Both the position numbers and the translations under genes were made by a program. This document shows positions 23,411 through 35,678 of a DNA stretch of 64,000 nt, one piece after another. The stretch is from Guillardia theta CCMP2712. Its lineage: Eukaryota; Protista; Cryptophyta. Position 1 is the first letter of the stretch. Every line of letters starts with the position of its first letter. The notes under the pieces are model-generated. The model was not told the origin of the DNA. It saw nothing but the letters and a program-made list of their open reading frames with translations, and did no database searches. Location of the stretch: contig NW_005434672.1 of the NCBI RefSeq assembly GCF_000315625.1, forward strand, positions 1,182,155 through 1,246,154. Direction: 5' to 3'.

Positions 23411-24946
23411 ATGTCGCGCCAACCATCTCGGCAGGGATCTACCACTTCAATTGGATCTCGGAAATCAACAGGAAGGTATCGTTCTGTCGGCAATGGAGGC
23501 GCCGATGATTCATTGTTCGGGAAAAATGGCAGTCAAGCTCACTCGAGTGTCAAGCAGAATTCTCTTTCCAAAATATCCGAAAGCAAGAAACACGCACCTG
23601 TAGAAACCGATTCCATCGTCATCACCAACACAGATCTCGATCGCTTGAGGAAGCTCGCAACCATCATAGACAGAGATGAGATCGAGAAGAAGAAGAAGGA
23701 AGAACGGGAGAACAGGCTCAAGGAGCAAGCTAAGGCACGAGAACGGAAGGAGAAGATGTTAGCGATGGAGGCAACGAGGCGGGCCACCATGCAAAAAGGT
23801 GATCTCGAACTCGAGGACGAAATGAAGAACACATTGCTGCTGGATAGTGCGCAGAAAGCAACTGACGAAGAGCTGGATGTTGTTAAACATATGAATCAGA
23901 TGATGCTGTACGCAAAATGCGTCACAATCAGAGATGCTCAATTGATGGAAAAGCGAAAGATTCAGAAAGAACAGGCAGAACAGGAGAAACAGTTCGATGA
24001 GTTGATGGAAGAAGAGCGTCTTAGGGCTATAGAGATCCAGGACGAGCAAGAAAAGAAGAAGATTGACGAGAGGAAACGCGGAGCTTCCATCATACGGATG
24101 CAGATTGAACAACGCGAAAAGGACAGAATAAGGGAGCAGGAGCAGCTTGACATGGAAAGAGAAGCCATGTTGCGTCAAATAGAAAAGATGAAAATGGAAG
24201 AGCAGCAGAAAGAAGAAGGGCGGAGACAGCTAGGACAGCAGCTCTTGGAAGAAGCTGCCCTTGCAAACAAGATTCAAATCCAGCGAAAGCAGGAGCAAAG
24301 AATGAAAGCGATTGAAGAAGATCAGCGCATTGCTGAATACATTGCAGAGAAAGATCGTAAAGAGCAGGAATGGCAAGAGCAACTCGAAAAGGAGGCCAAG
24401 AGGAAGGCAGAAGAGACTGCTCGTTTGCGTGCAATGCAAGAAAAAATGGCTGACAAGCAAGCGGAAGAAGATGCTCTTCGGGCAAAGCGAGCTCAAGAAG
24501 ATTACGAACGAGCATGGAGAGCAAAGGAAAAGGCAGAGAGGGAGAGGAAAGAATTGATGTTGAAGGAGATCATGGAGTCCAGAGAAGAACAGAAAAGGAC
24601 AAAGGAAAGAGTTCAGGCCGAAGCAGCACAAGCACAGAAATTCCAATTTGAAGCAATTCTTGCCGTACAGAAAGCTGCTGAACAGGCGGAACTTGAAAAA
24701 GAAAGACTGGAACGACAGAAACGATTGGAGCACAATGAGTTCATCCGCAAGCAGATTGCGGAGAGTGAAGAGAAGAAGCAGAGGAATCGACAAGAGTTCC
24801 TTGAAGAAGGAAGCAAGATTCGGATCGCTAAAGAGATTGAAAGCAGAAGATTGGAATCCATCAAGCAAAGGAAGATCACAGAGCTTCGCAATTCTGGAGT
24901 TCCAGAGAAATATTTAGCAGAACTTGCTCAAAAGAAGCTGTCTTGA
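23411..24946 (+). CDS. CFAP45: Cilia- and flagella-associated protein 45 (trichohyalin-plectin-homology domain), intronless
   Basis: MNQMMLYAKCVTIRDAQ motif, long E/K/R coiled coil, C-terminus IKQRKITELRNSGVPEKYLAEL. Confidence 0.92.
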   Translation: MSRQPSRQGSTTSIGSRKSTGRYRSVGNGGADDSLFGKNGSQAHSSVKQNSLSKISESKKHAPVETDSIVITNTDLDRLRKLATIIDRDEIEKKKKEERENRLKEQAKARERKEKMLAMEATRRATMQKGDLELEDEMKNTLLLDSAQKATDEELDVVKHMNQMMLYAKCVTIRDAQLMEKRKIQKEQAEQEKQFDELMEEERLRAIEIQDEQEKKKIDERKRGASIIRMQIEQREKDRIREQEQLDMEREAMLRQIEKMKMEEQQKEEGRRQLGQQLLEEAALANKIQIQRKQEQRMKAIEEDQRIAEYIAEKDRKEQEWQEQLEKEAKRKAEETARLRAMQEKMADKQAEEDALRAKRAQEDYERAWRAKEKAERERKELMLKEIMESREEQKRTKERVQAEAAQAQKFQFEAILAVQKAAEQAELEKERLERQKRLEHNEFIRKQIAESEEKKQRNRQEFLEEGSKIRIAKEIESRRLESIKQRKITELRNSGVPEKYLAELAQKKLS

Positions 24947-25061
24947 AATGATCTTACAAATAGAGTTGCAAAGTGTTTCCAACTAAGAAATTAACATGAT
25001 CCCTTATCAGACTTCATCCCCCAACTAACATCTGATCGTAGAATGTGCAAGAAAACGCCTT

Positions 25062-26354
25062 TTACGTTTGTATTGAAATCTTGTAATGTCGAGGATTCAT
25101 CTCGTCCTGCAGCATTGTCGCTTTTACGTCTACTTGTTCTCCTTTCTGAACTTGAGCGAAGACCCCGAGGAATACAGTCGTTTGCTTCCAGTGGGTTGGT
25201 TCGCTCGATGGAGCCGTATCGAGAATGATTGGTGATGGAGAATCAAGCGTGAAGTCACAATCAAACCAGAATGCAAAGCCTGCCAACTCTGAATCTCTTT
25301 CGATTCCGAAGGAAAATTCTCCTGTGAGACTAACGAGTTGCGACCTTTCAATTCTGTTGAAATCAATGTTTGCAAACTCTTGTGGTTTGCTGAGCAACTC
25401 AGATGATGAAATCTGCTCGACAAATGGCGTAGCCATCCTGGCTGTCATGATTTCTTCTCCGATGGATGAAAAATTCAAACCATAGTATGACTGCCAGAAA
25501 TCAACATTTTGCTTTCTAAATTGCTCCATGGCAACTGGGCAAATGTAGATCTTTCCACTTGAAGGGACCATTTTGCCGTCTTCTTTTAGAAACCTGACGA
25601 AGCTCATAAAAACATGGTCGAATACACTTGGATTCACCTCTCCCTTGCGTCAATGACGGAGCCCAGCATAGATTCGTGGAGTAGGTAAAACCCCATCCAC
25701 TCTGAGATAATGATGTCAACCTTCTCTGACAGCTCGACATTCTCAATGACGTCATGGATGACTTGAATCTTGTCGGAAAAGCCATTCTCCCTGACTAATG
25801 CCTCGGCTTTTTCATATATGTTGCTGGCCTCCACAGCGTACACTTTCCTGGCACCTGAGTTTGTATAACGCGAAAATTGACAAAGGAAAGTCATTTTAAC
25901 CTGCTCTCGCTGCAAACATCGACATAATTCCTGTTCCGCATCCAACGTCAAGCACAATCTTCCCTTGGAACAGCTGAGCGTTCTTCTCGATACCGTCGCG
26001 GTACGCTATCAATCTTGGGTGATCCCTCAGCATCAGCTCATGCACTGAAACATCGGAATATGATCGAAAGTAGTCATCCTCTCCTTGAGTCTCTTCTCTC
26101 TGCCCATCTTGGATTTCCACCTGTATTTCTCCTGGATCTTCCTCTTCCGACATAAGGAGAAACTGCAGTCTTGTACAGGCCCTTGTAGTCTCCATGTCCT
26201 GAACGCTCAGCTCGCCACTAGACAGAGCTTCGCGGACATCGTTGGCACTGCATCCTTCGTCTGGGATCACAGACACAATCCACTTGCTCTCCTCCTTTCG
26301 GATCGAAGAGATCTGTCCTCCTGCTCGCCTTCGTTTCGCTGCTGGAGCGCTCAT
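25062..26354 (-). CDS. Type I protein arginine N-methyltransferase, multi-exon
   Basis: YFRSYSDVSVHELMLRD, VLDVGCGTGIMSMFAARAG, VDIIISEWMGFYLLHESML and THWKQT. Confidence 0.93.
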
Positions 26355-27345
26355 GTCGATCCGTCTGGCTCTATCGCCGGGGCCGGGTCCGGACTGGACG
26401 GCCGGGCACTCAGCAACTGACGCCCTCCTGGAGCTCGTCGGTTGAAAAAACGGCTGTAACTGCTCTCTACAGTTGAGATAACGGTTCTCCTATGTTAGGA
26501 AATTCCAACACACTATGACCAAGTCTTCAATTGCTACTGCTAGGAGCATAGGACCTGAGGTGCGTATGGCCTGTCGTTAGACGCAAGTTGTGTGAGGGGT
26601 AGGAAATCAAATTTTGAAAATGATAATGAAATTTTCAAACCCTGACCCACCAGTGTCACAAATTTAGCCTGCTGGTGGGTATATTTTGAAAATGACCCCT
26701 CAAATTATGAATCGTGCCATTGGGTAGGGTACCCACTAGGGAGTGTCCGATATGCAGCCGTTGCCGCTGCCATGTGGAGGCGAAGTCGATGCTGCGAGAG
26801 ACGAAGTGATAGATTGAGATGAGACATTCGATGAGGAATCAAGAATATTGTGCGTGAGCTATACAGTTGTTAGAGCGTTCATCGCTGGATGGTATCGTCT
26901 GAAAATTCAATGTCATTGAGAATTGAAGATGTTCTGAATGTCAAGAGACGTCGAAATTTCATGTGTTTAATTGAAGCGTGAAACTGACATTCCACGAGAA
27001 TTCTAGAGATGGATTATAGATTCCTGAACTTGCGTGTTGAATGCGTTTATGAATGAAGTTATGAATCAGGGATGTCTTTTTTAGACTGCTTAGTCAGTTG
27101 TAACTCGAACTCGCACCGGAGAGGAATGTCTTGTAGTATTTTCATGGTCAAGCATTTTTCAGAACAGATTAGTGTGCCTACGTTTCTTGCAAAGAGCGCC
27201 TGTGTTGTTCTCACTCAAATGAGATCCCTGCACATCAAACATATCCACATGTTTTCAAGACGTGCTTGTAGTGACCCTGATGCGCATCTGAAGTTATCTT
27301 GTAGGTTCTCGAATTTATTTTGGTTGATTGAAGCGAGTGTTAAGG

Positions 27346-28066
27346 ATGTTCAAGAACACTTTTCAATCCGGATTCTTGTCTATACTTTACAGCATCGGAA
27401 GTAAACCTCTTCAAATATGGGATAAGCAAGTGCGAAACGGGCATATAAAGCGAATTACGGATCAGGACATTCAGTCCAGCGTGCTTGAGATTATGGGAAC
27501 GAACGTTAGCACCAACTACATCACGTGCCCTGCAGACAAGAACAAGACCCTTGGCATCAAGCTTCCTTTCCTAGTTATGATCATTAAGAATGTATGTAGA
27601 ACCTGTGATTGCTACGTTCAGTTTAACTTGTTGTTGCCAGCTCAAAAAATACTTCACTTTCGAAGTGCAAGTTCTCGACGACAAGAATGTTCGCCGTAGG
27701 TTCCGAGCGTCTAACTATCAGTCAACGACACGCGTCAAACCTTTCATTTGCACGATGCCCATGAGGTTGGACGAGGGATGGAATCAGATCCAGTTCAACT
27801 TGTCGGACTTCACTCGTCGTGCCTATGGCACAAACTATATTGAAACGCTTCGTGTACAGATTCATGCGAACTGTCGCATTCGAAGGTTGATTTGCTCTTC
27901 TTTCCTTTCTGATGCTTCTATATCTGCTTTTTTACTTTTTCATGGTTGCTTGTTTAAGTTTGCATCGCTCACGCTTGTGTACAGGATTTACTTCTCGGAC
28001 AGGTTATACTCCGAAGATGAGCTGCCGCCTGAGTTCAAGCTGTTCTTGCCTGTCCAGAACAAGTAG
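27346..28066 (+). CDS. CFAP20: Cilia- and flagella-associated protein 20 (BUG22), two introns
   Basis: [25 protein letters not shown]...[23 protein letters not shown]. Confidence 0.97.
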
Positions 28067-28254
28067 AGGTAGCAAGCATCTCGCTTTCTGGGGTTTCTGT
28101 AGAATTATTTTGCTCGCCCGAGCTTTAAAAGAGGAACGCCTTATGAGTGATGTGAACGCGGTCGTTGAATTCCACTCCAATAAACTAATAAATCAGCGTG
28201 TGTGAGCCACCGGGAGCTCCTAGTCAGGCCCCCTCGCCCCTGCTGTTTGCTCGC

Positions 28255-29493
28255 TCATCCCCATGATGCCGAGATCCCCCTCACGGAGCTAAGATTCGCC
28301 AATGTAGCAGCAGCGAGCATCTGATGCTTCGCGCTCCTGGAGCGAGCAAGCAATATGAACTGCTGAACTCCGATCTCCCTCGCGATCCTCAACTTGTTCT
28401 CTTCGTGCTGCGAAAGAGAGGCCAGAGATCGCGCGGCTTGAAGTTCTATCCCCTCATTTCCGCATTGCAGAAGGCGGTTGATTTCTGGAAGAGAACCCGC
28501 TGCAACAATCTTGTATTGCGCATCCTTGTGGACTGACAGATTCGCAAGAGCCATCATGCCCAGCGTTGTCACTTCCTGGTTGTCAACCCGCAATGTGGCG
28601 ATCAGCGCTTCGATCACCTCAGGCACGCAGAGTTCGACTTCATTCTCGTGGTTCAAGCTGATGTTTGCTAGACACCTCGAGGCTTGTCGCAGAACTTCGA
28701 TGTCATTCCCTCTCATCGCGTTGACGAGGTGCAAGATCGCGCCGCTCTCCCCGATCATGCGTTGGTTCAGAGGATTTCTCGCAAGATTGGCCAGAGCAGC
28801 GACAGCCTCGAGCATGACGTCAGGGTTGGAGGCCGAGATCATCCGGATCAACGAGGTCAGCCCTCCAGACTTCACAATATCCTCCTCGTTGCGCTCGTTG
28901 CAGTAGGCCAAGTTGGCGAGAGCTCGAGCGAGGTGACATTGCATCCCAGCTGAAAGCTCAGCATTCGTCGCGAGCTGCACCAGGTCCTTCAAGGCTCCCT
29001 CCTGATTCAGCTTGTCCTGTAAGCCGTCGTCAAGTGCGAGGTTACAGATCGCCATGACCGCGCATTCACAAACTTCCGGGGAAGGGCTGTGTAGCAGGCT
29101 GACAATGTGCTGCAGCGCATTGGCGTGTTCGATGTGCCTCCGCTGATCCGCATCGATGGCCAAGTCTGCCAGTGAGCGAGCAGCTTGATACTGAACTTCC
29201 ATGTCCTCACTCTTCGCCCATGAGATCAGTTCATCAATATGAAGGCTGTCCTGCCTTCGCTCCTCGTTCAGCCCTTGGTGGTTTGCTTGTCGCTGCTGCT
29301 CAGGGGAGATGGGCATGAACATCGCCATGGTCTTCTCGAGGTCACCCTCGTTCGCCTCCAACACGTTGCTCAAGATCTCTTGCGAGAGCATGGGGAACAT
29401 CTCGCTGAGCTGTTCGACCTTCTTACGTTGCTCTTCTGCAGCTTTCTCTGCTTTCCTATCCTTTCTCCGGCCAAGAGTGAGGATCGCGCCCAT
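28255..29493 (-). CDS. Armadillo-repeat protein (Vac8-like) with N-terminal CUE-like domain
   Basis: MG start (possible myristoylation), LSEMFP...LEANEGDLEKT CUE pattern, and repeated ALANL/ARALANL ARM motifs. Confidence 0.8.
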   Translation of the reverse strand: MGAILTLGRRKDRKAEKAAEEQRKKVEQLSEMFPMLSQEILSNVLEANEGDLEKTMAMFMPISPEQQRQANHQGLNEERRQDSLHIDELISWAKSEDMEVQYQAARSLADLAIDADQRRHIEHANALQHIVSLLHSPSPEVCECAVMAICNLALDDGLQDKLNQEGALKDLVQLATNAELSAGMQCHLARALANLAYCNERNEEDIVKSGGLTSLIRMISASNPDVMLEAVAALANLARNPLNQRMIGESGAILHLVNAMRGNDIEVLRQASRCLANISLNHENEVELCVPEVIEALIATLRVDNQEVTTLGMMALANLSVHKDAQYKIVAAGSLPEINRLLQCGNEGIELQAARSLASLSQHEENKLRIAREIGVQQFILLARSRSAKHQMLAAATLANLSSVRGISASWG

Positions 29494-30089
29494 GCTTGTT
29501 CAGCAACCTACACGCTCTCAGACCTGAATGTTCATCCTCTGCCAGGGCAACTAATCCAAGAAGAGCTTGTTTCAATTGTTTGGGGCGTGCATCCGAGTAT
29601 GGCGATAACCATCTTTGAATGCCATGCTGTGAAGCACTGTTCTATCTGACGCTTGTGGGTTATGCTCTCCTTGCTCGATCGTTGAGGACAGCTGGTTAGT
29701 CTCCTGTAACTTCCTCTATCAGCGTTCGATGCCTTCAACCCGAACCTTGCCTTTCTCTTCTCTCTTCTCTCCTCGCCTTTCTTTTCTCCTTCCTCTTCGT
29801 TCCTCCCCTTCCTGCTCCTGGCTCAGCTCGATGCCCTTCGCTTGTACGTCACCTGGAAGCCCTGAGGGTCCTGTCTACCCCCTGGTACCTCTCTGAACTT
29901 CTAAGTCTCTATTTAGTCTAAAACGACGATCCCTTAAGGTCACGGGCCTTACCACATCCACTTTCTCCCCACATTTGCCAGTGTTCCCCAAGCTCTACCT
30001 CTCACTTGTCTTAGATCTGCTTATAATCTCAAAGGCTATCCCTGGACCCTCTCAGTCTACCAATATTTTTTGCCCTGACGATGCAAGGG

Positions 30090-30300
30090 CCTGAGGCAGT
30101 GCAGTGACTGATGGCAGACGGACAAAAAGGGACCGTCAGACCGGGCCGACAGTCCGGGGCCCGGCCCGCCACTGCCTGACAGTGTCCGATCATCGGCGGC
30201 GAGTCGGCGGCGGTGCGGCCCGGTTGGACTAGCGGTCGGAGCGTCCGAACGCTAACTCGATGCCTGAGCTGTCGGACGGTCTGTGATCGAGCTCACTCAG
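30090..30300. repeat. GC-rich palindrome-word intergenic island
   Basis: cagtgactg, ggggcccgg, ccgatcatcgg and tcggacggtctg words. Confidence 0.6.
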
Positions 30301-30393
30301 CCGTCATTGATCTGCATGCTGTCAGTGAATCGTGGCTTGTATGTGAAGTCTGCTCTACGCTACAGTTAAAACTAGCTCGGCGAGCTCTACCGA

Positions 30394-33300
30394 TCACTTG
30401 CATGGGCAGAACTTGTGGCTGTTGGTGAAGGAGTCAAGTCTCCTGCAGCTCATGAAAACTGGTTGAGGGAGGCGGCAGACGGAGTCCGAAAGGTCAAAGA
30501 CGGGAGTGTGCAGCCCTTGTACGTCTGGTTCGCAGCCTTGGGAACAACCTTCTCTCATCCCCTGCAGCCCTCACGTGAATCAGCAGCATGACAAGGAGGG
30601 AGCGAGAGCTGCAGGATCAAGAGGAGAGAGCGAGAGCTGCATCTCGAGTACCTTGGCACGCATCAACTTGTCCAGGAACTGACAGTCTGGCCATGCGAGT
30701 GACATCCACATCCCACCTGAGCACCAGCTCACTCACTGCTTGTCCAGTTGACCTGCCCTCACCAGCAGAACAAGTTTTCTTGGAGCTCAAGCAGATCTCC
30801 TCGCAGGTCTTGCTGCCGTTCCCCACCCTCCAACCCCCCGAGCTCTTGCGGAAGGCTTCCTCCGGAGGCTCGCAGACCCCCTCGATGAGCTGCTGCCGGC
30901 TCTGCGGGGCAGGAGGAAAGCTCTGGTCCTGGTGAAGCCCTACAGCGTGTCGGAGAGCATGAAGGAGGAGGAGGCGGTTTACCTTGTAGATATGGCGACT
31001 CAGAGGAGAGAAAGAGGGTAAGCATGTCGTCTATCCTCATCCGAATCATCCCTTGATGGTACCCCCGCGGCATCCTGAGCAAGTGTTTGTGAGCCTCGAG
31101 CAAGCAACAAGAGGATGTGGTACCTGTCCAGTCCGCCCCCTCTCCCAAGTGTCCCAAAGGTATACCCAAGAGCATCCCACGAGTCGTCCAAGCTTGGGTT
31201 AGCTGACTTGGCCTGATGGACAAAAAGAAAGGAAGGGAAGGAGGGGAAGGAGCAAAAGGAACAACAGGAGGAAAAGACAATACATCTGAATCAAACTCCA
31301 AAACGACGATGAGATTTCAGACCTGGAAGACGAAGATGTTTGTCTCATCCCTCCTTCTGTCTAGCTTCAGCATTTCCCACAAGCAGCGAACCATCTACCA
31401 CAGATCTCAGCGAAACAAGAGAAGGAGAGGCAGGTAGTTCAGACCTTCCCTTTTCTAACGAGCTGCATGTGATTAGAGGAGTGAAAGTCGATGGCTCCCT
31501 TGTTCAAATCTTCCCGTGTCAGCACTCCTGCTTGAGCCTGCAGATTCTGCTCCAACCAAAGCATCAGGAAGAGAAGCAGCAAACATGCCGCACCATCAGG
31601 TCAAACCAGAGCTGCTGGGAAGCCGCTGATGTTGTCAAGGCACTTCGTTGGGTGCGATCTCCGACCTGCGGCAGCTCGATGAGACCATTCAAGAAACCGG
31701 ACAGGCAGCGGCCTCACGTGCTTCGTTCTCGGCACCTCCGGGAAGATGCACTCCTTCCCATGCTCCATCATCACTCGCGCGAAGGGAACGTCCCAGACCT
31801 GGTGAGGTGAGCCGAAGGAGTGGAACGAATGTTGCTCTTACAACATCCGGATGATACAGTTGGCTGACAGCTTTGTAGTCTGCTCTTGAGACCATCCAGC
31901 CAAGAGCCATGAAATGCTCCCCTCGAAAAACATTCTTGGGGTCGTGTGTGCTGGAAGAACAAGGACGAAGAAGGCGAGAGGAAGGAGGGGGAGGGGAGGA
32001 GGAGCGAGGGATGTGAGGGAGTGGAGAGGCAGGAAGTAGGATAGGAGGAGAGAACGAGTCATGCAAGTAGCAGAGGAAGAGGAGGATCATTCTCACTTGC
32101 TTTCGAACCCATTGTCGTTGTAACCGCTCACACAAAAGATCGAGTCATCCTCTTCCATCGTTTCCGCTCCCCTGGCATTCAGTTCTCAGCCTTTGCCGCT
32201 CCAGTTGCTGCTCCGAGACCAGCGAAAGAAGTCCAATGCGTCGGGCGCTAGCAGCAGATCCTCCTCCAGCACGATCACATGCTTTGCCCTGCAACTGCAT
32301 CATCCACATCACGTTTGTTCTCAATTTCCCAACCAGTCGTTCCAAGACAACACATGCTCTAGCATAAATCGATAATTGTGGGTTAGACGAGAAGAAAGAA
32401 TCGGCTGCAGGGAGGATCAACTCTGATGATCTCAGTCTTCAATGCACACCTTGTCATCCTGCAGCTTGGCGGGCAGACGAACATGCTTGACAGGGAAGAA
32501 TGCTTTGACTACTTTCTCCACAGCTCTGCTCAGAAGAGGTTCTGTCATTGGGTTAAATGCCGAGAGAGATGATTACCTGTGGTCGCCATCTTGATAGACC
32601 CACACGAGCGACATGTCGGAGTGAGAAGCCATCTTGATGGACTGACAACACCCACCATTAAGCTTTAAGACTTGAAACGACAGCTGTTGCACAGCTTATC
32701 AATTTTGCAACTCACATGTAAGAGTCGCCGCAATGCATCAAATCTGTTATGAGCAAGAATTGCGATGGGCGGATGCGAAGCACGGAAATGATCACCATCT
32801 GTTCAAACACATTGTCAACAATGCTCTGGCGTGCTTACCCTATGAATTCACCTGGCATATTAAACGACGGTTTTTGACGAGCTTGATCTTTCCCAGCAGT
32901 CTTCCTATTGGCGTTTTTCTTTTCACTTCTCTCTTCATTTCTAGAATTTTCATGTCTTGGCTCACGTGCTGATGCATCGTTTCTTTCGCGCTGCTTCTTC
33001 CTCTGAGATTCTCCAGATGCGACTTCGCCATTCTCGTGGTGAAAGGATTGTTCTTCCTTGTGAAAATCCAGATGGAATTCGTCAGCTGCTTCAGAATCGA
33101 CATTCTTCTTCTTTAAAGGGCTCCGACCACGATCGGTCGACGATTCTGCATGAAAATTTTTCGCTACAACTTCATCCTCGTCTTCTGCTTCTTCAATATG
33201 CCAAACTTGACCTGGGTCCTCGACGTCCTCACTTGCCTTATCTTCGTGCAGTTGCGGTTGACTCTCACTCGATTTGTCCTGTACAGAGCTAGAGCCCACG

Positions 33301-33548
33301 CTCCTGACGAGGTCGAAGAGGAAAGAGAAGAAACCTCCTCCTCCACCACCTCCTTGTTTGATTTCAACCTCTGGGACGTCAGAAAGGTCGATATCCTCCT
33401 CAGGGAAGCCACGAGCGGTACTTGCCCATCGACCAGCAGCCTCGAATCCACTCAGCGGAGCAGATTCGTCGCTTCTGCTTCCTTGTCCTCCCGCCATCGC
33501 CAGCCCGATCGCCACCGACAGAGCGACGATCTGCCATGCTACCCTCAT
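30394..33548 (-). CDS. GT13 (GnT-I/POMGNT1-like) glycosyltransferase with signal peptide and Cys-rich C-terminus, many exons
   Basis: Signal peptide MRVAWQIVALSVAIGLAMA; LVWVYQDGD, NDNG, RGEHFMALGWMV and ECIFPEVPRT; ends HKFCPCK*. Confidence 0.75.
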
Positions 33549-33677
33549 TGACTAAGCCCCTCATCCCCACTTCAGTCATTGTTTCATCCCCCTCATATTT
33601 CCCCCCTTCCATGCCATAACGGTCTAACCGTCAACCACTATTTCGGGATGCCGCTTTGGCCGAAACCTGACGAGGAA

Positions 33678-34672
33678 TGAGGAAGAGAGAAGAGTTTGAT
33701 GAGCCTAGGCAGGATGGAAACAAGCTTAAGAAATGCACTGAACAAGTATCATCATGCAGCAGAGATCTTGTAGCTGTGGTTGTCAACCTTGTTTCATCTC
33801 ATGGACATTGCTTTTGCCTTGTGTTGACATTGCGAGCTCATGTTTTTGACATTTGAATGTTGTGTTGTGACCAGATTCAAACCTGCGAAACAATGGTTTA
33901 GGGAAAAGGAATGTAATCGTTAGCATGAGGGTACGGATGGCGATGGCGATGTATGAGGATTGGGAAGAACATTTTGCGACGATGCAACGGATTTGGGTTT
34001 GTCAAACGATGTGGAGCATACTTGTACTGCATTTCTCTTGTATTATGTCAACTGTCACGAGCCTCTGAACTCATGAATGGTCGAGGTAAAAAAATCTATG
34101 AATTATGCTGCACGGAACCTGCTTTCGCTTCATCGTGAAAACTCGTTGAGCAGCACATAAAACCTGAGTGGATTGTGTATTCTCAGTTACGAAAGCAGGC
34201 AGTTAGAAAAATAATTCCTTGACCTTCTGTTATTTTTCTGACATGTATCGTGATAGGACAATGTTTGGGATCGTGAAAAGCGCTTTCCAAATGCTTGACA
34301 ACTCTGGCCCCATTGCACGCACAGCACCAGCTCCGTACCAGATTGTTGACTGTGAGAAGCGGAGTGTTGCGGGCTTGACTTGCAACTCTGTTAGTGAATA
34401 CTTTGATTGTTTGGTCAGGCTCTGACACTGGAAGCAGGTGATCCAGAGCAACATGGAGCCTGCGGGAAACAACAATTGCGCTATTGTTCCCAGCAGTGAT
34501 GCTGGTTACTCTTTGGTGCCCTCGTGCCAAGCTAGACCTCTCGATACTGCTGCTGTCAGTGCATAGATTCGCTGGTTTTGACAAGGCCCTTCCTAAGTCA
34601 TGGCATGCCGCACGGTGCTTCAGCATCATGCCACGAACAGAGGCTAGTGTTCAACGATCGACTCAGTGTTAG
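33678..34672 (+). CDS. Hypothetical multi-exon protein
   Basis: Short ORFs separated by GT-AG intron-like segments; no domain recognised and boundaries uncertain. Confidence 0.3.
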
Positions 34673-34703
34673 TGTGGTACTTACCGCAGTACTTTCATCT
34701 TGT

Positions 34704-35395
34704 TGCAATAAATTCAAAACTGCTGTCCTGAAGATCCCGGATAAGTTCTTGAAGACGGTGGGAAGTTCAGGGTAATGTGTCTCATCAGTGGACGAAGCTC
34801 AGCGAGATGGAATTGGTCATAACTTAGTAACTTCTTAGATCGGGACTCAGCCTCCGAACCGTGGCTTGATAAACGAGCGGCCTGTCGAAGGTCAGGCAGA
34901 GAAGAGGGGCTGTAGGAAAAGGTCAGAGTGCACGTGGTGGCGCCGCTGTGTGCATTGAGGGTGAGCGCAAGGGACTCGGGAGTGAAGGGAAGGTGGTTGC
35001 TGTCACCCGTGATCATAAAGGAAGCGCCGTGAGTACTCGATCAGCCTGAGAGTCTGACTTCGGTTCAAGTGTTGCCTCGGAAGGTTGTACAACTGAGTGG
35101 TTGGAGAGCTATGGGAATGAAATGAATCCAAGGCACTACACGGTGTGGAAGTCACCGGCGTTCAGTGGCCGCTGACGACCCGGGCTCAGTACTGCTGCCC
35201 CGGCCGTGATTCCGCCGGGGGGAGGGGAAGACGATACGGTACGGTCCGGCGATCACCCAGCCTGTCCGACCATGATCGGACCCCGGTACTAGGCGGCCGC
35301 CGCCGGGCGGCTCCGACCGTCGCCGAGCCGCACCGGGTGCGGGCCGCGCCCATACTCGGAACCGCTTCAGTGGTTTGCGGGCGACTCCGGGTCAT
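34704..35395. repeat. Dispersed-repeat segment A copy (34738-35030) followed by a GC-rich island
   Basis: cggataagttcttg...tctcatcagtggacgaagctcagcgagatgga...gaagggaaggtg shared with 22326-22610. Confidence 0.85.
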
Positions 35396-35678
35396 AAAGT
35401 TAAAAAAATTCTGTGGGATGGTCGAGCATCAGCGAGCATGGAAATCGAAGAGGGCGGGAGATGAGGGAGGGAGGGAGGGGAGGAGGAGCAGGAGCAGGAG
35501 CAGGAGGGGGAGGGGGAGGAATAGTTGGAGAAGGGGGTGAACAGAAACAGTTTTGAAGAAGTGAGAACAGAAGGGAGCAGTGGGAAGTGAGTGAGGATTT
35601 TGTGAAGCTCAGGTCTTTGCTGAAGCAATTCATCGCAGCTTTTGACATCATGTCAAAGTAACTAGTCGTATCTTTGAC

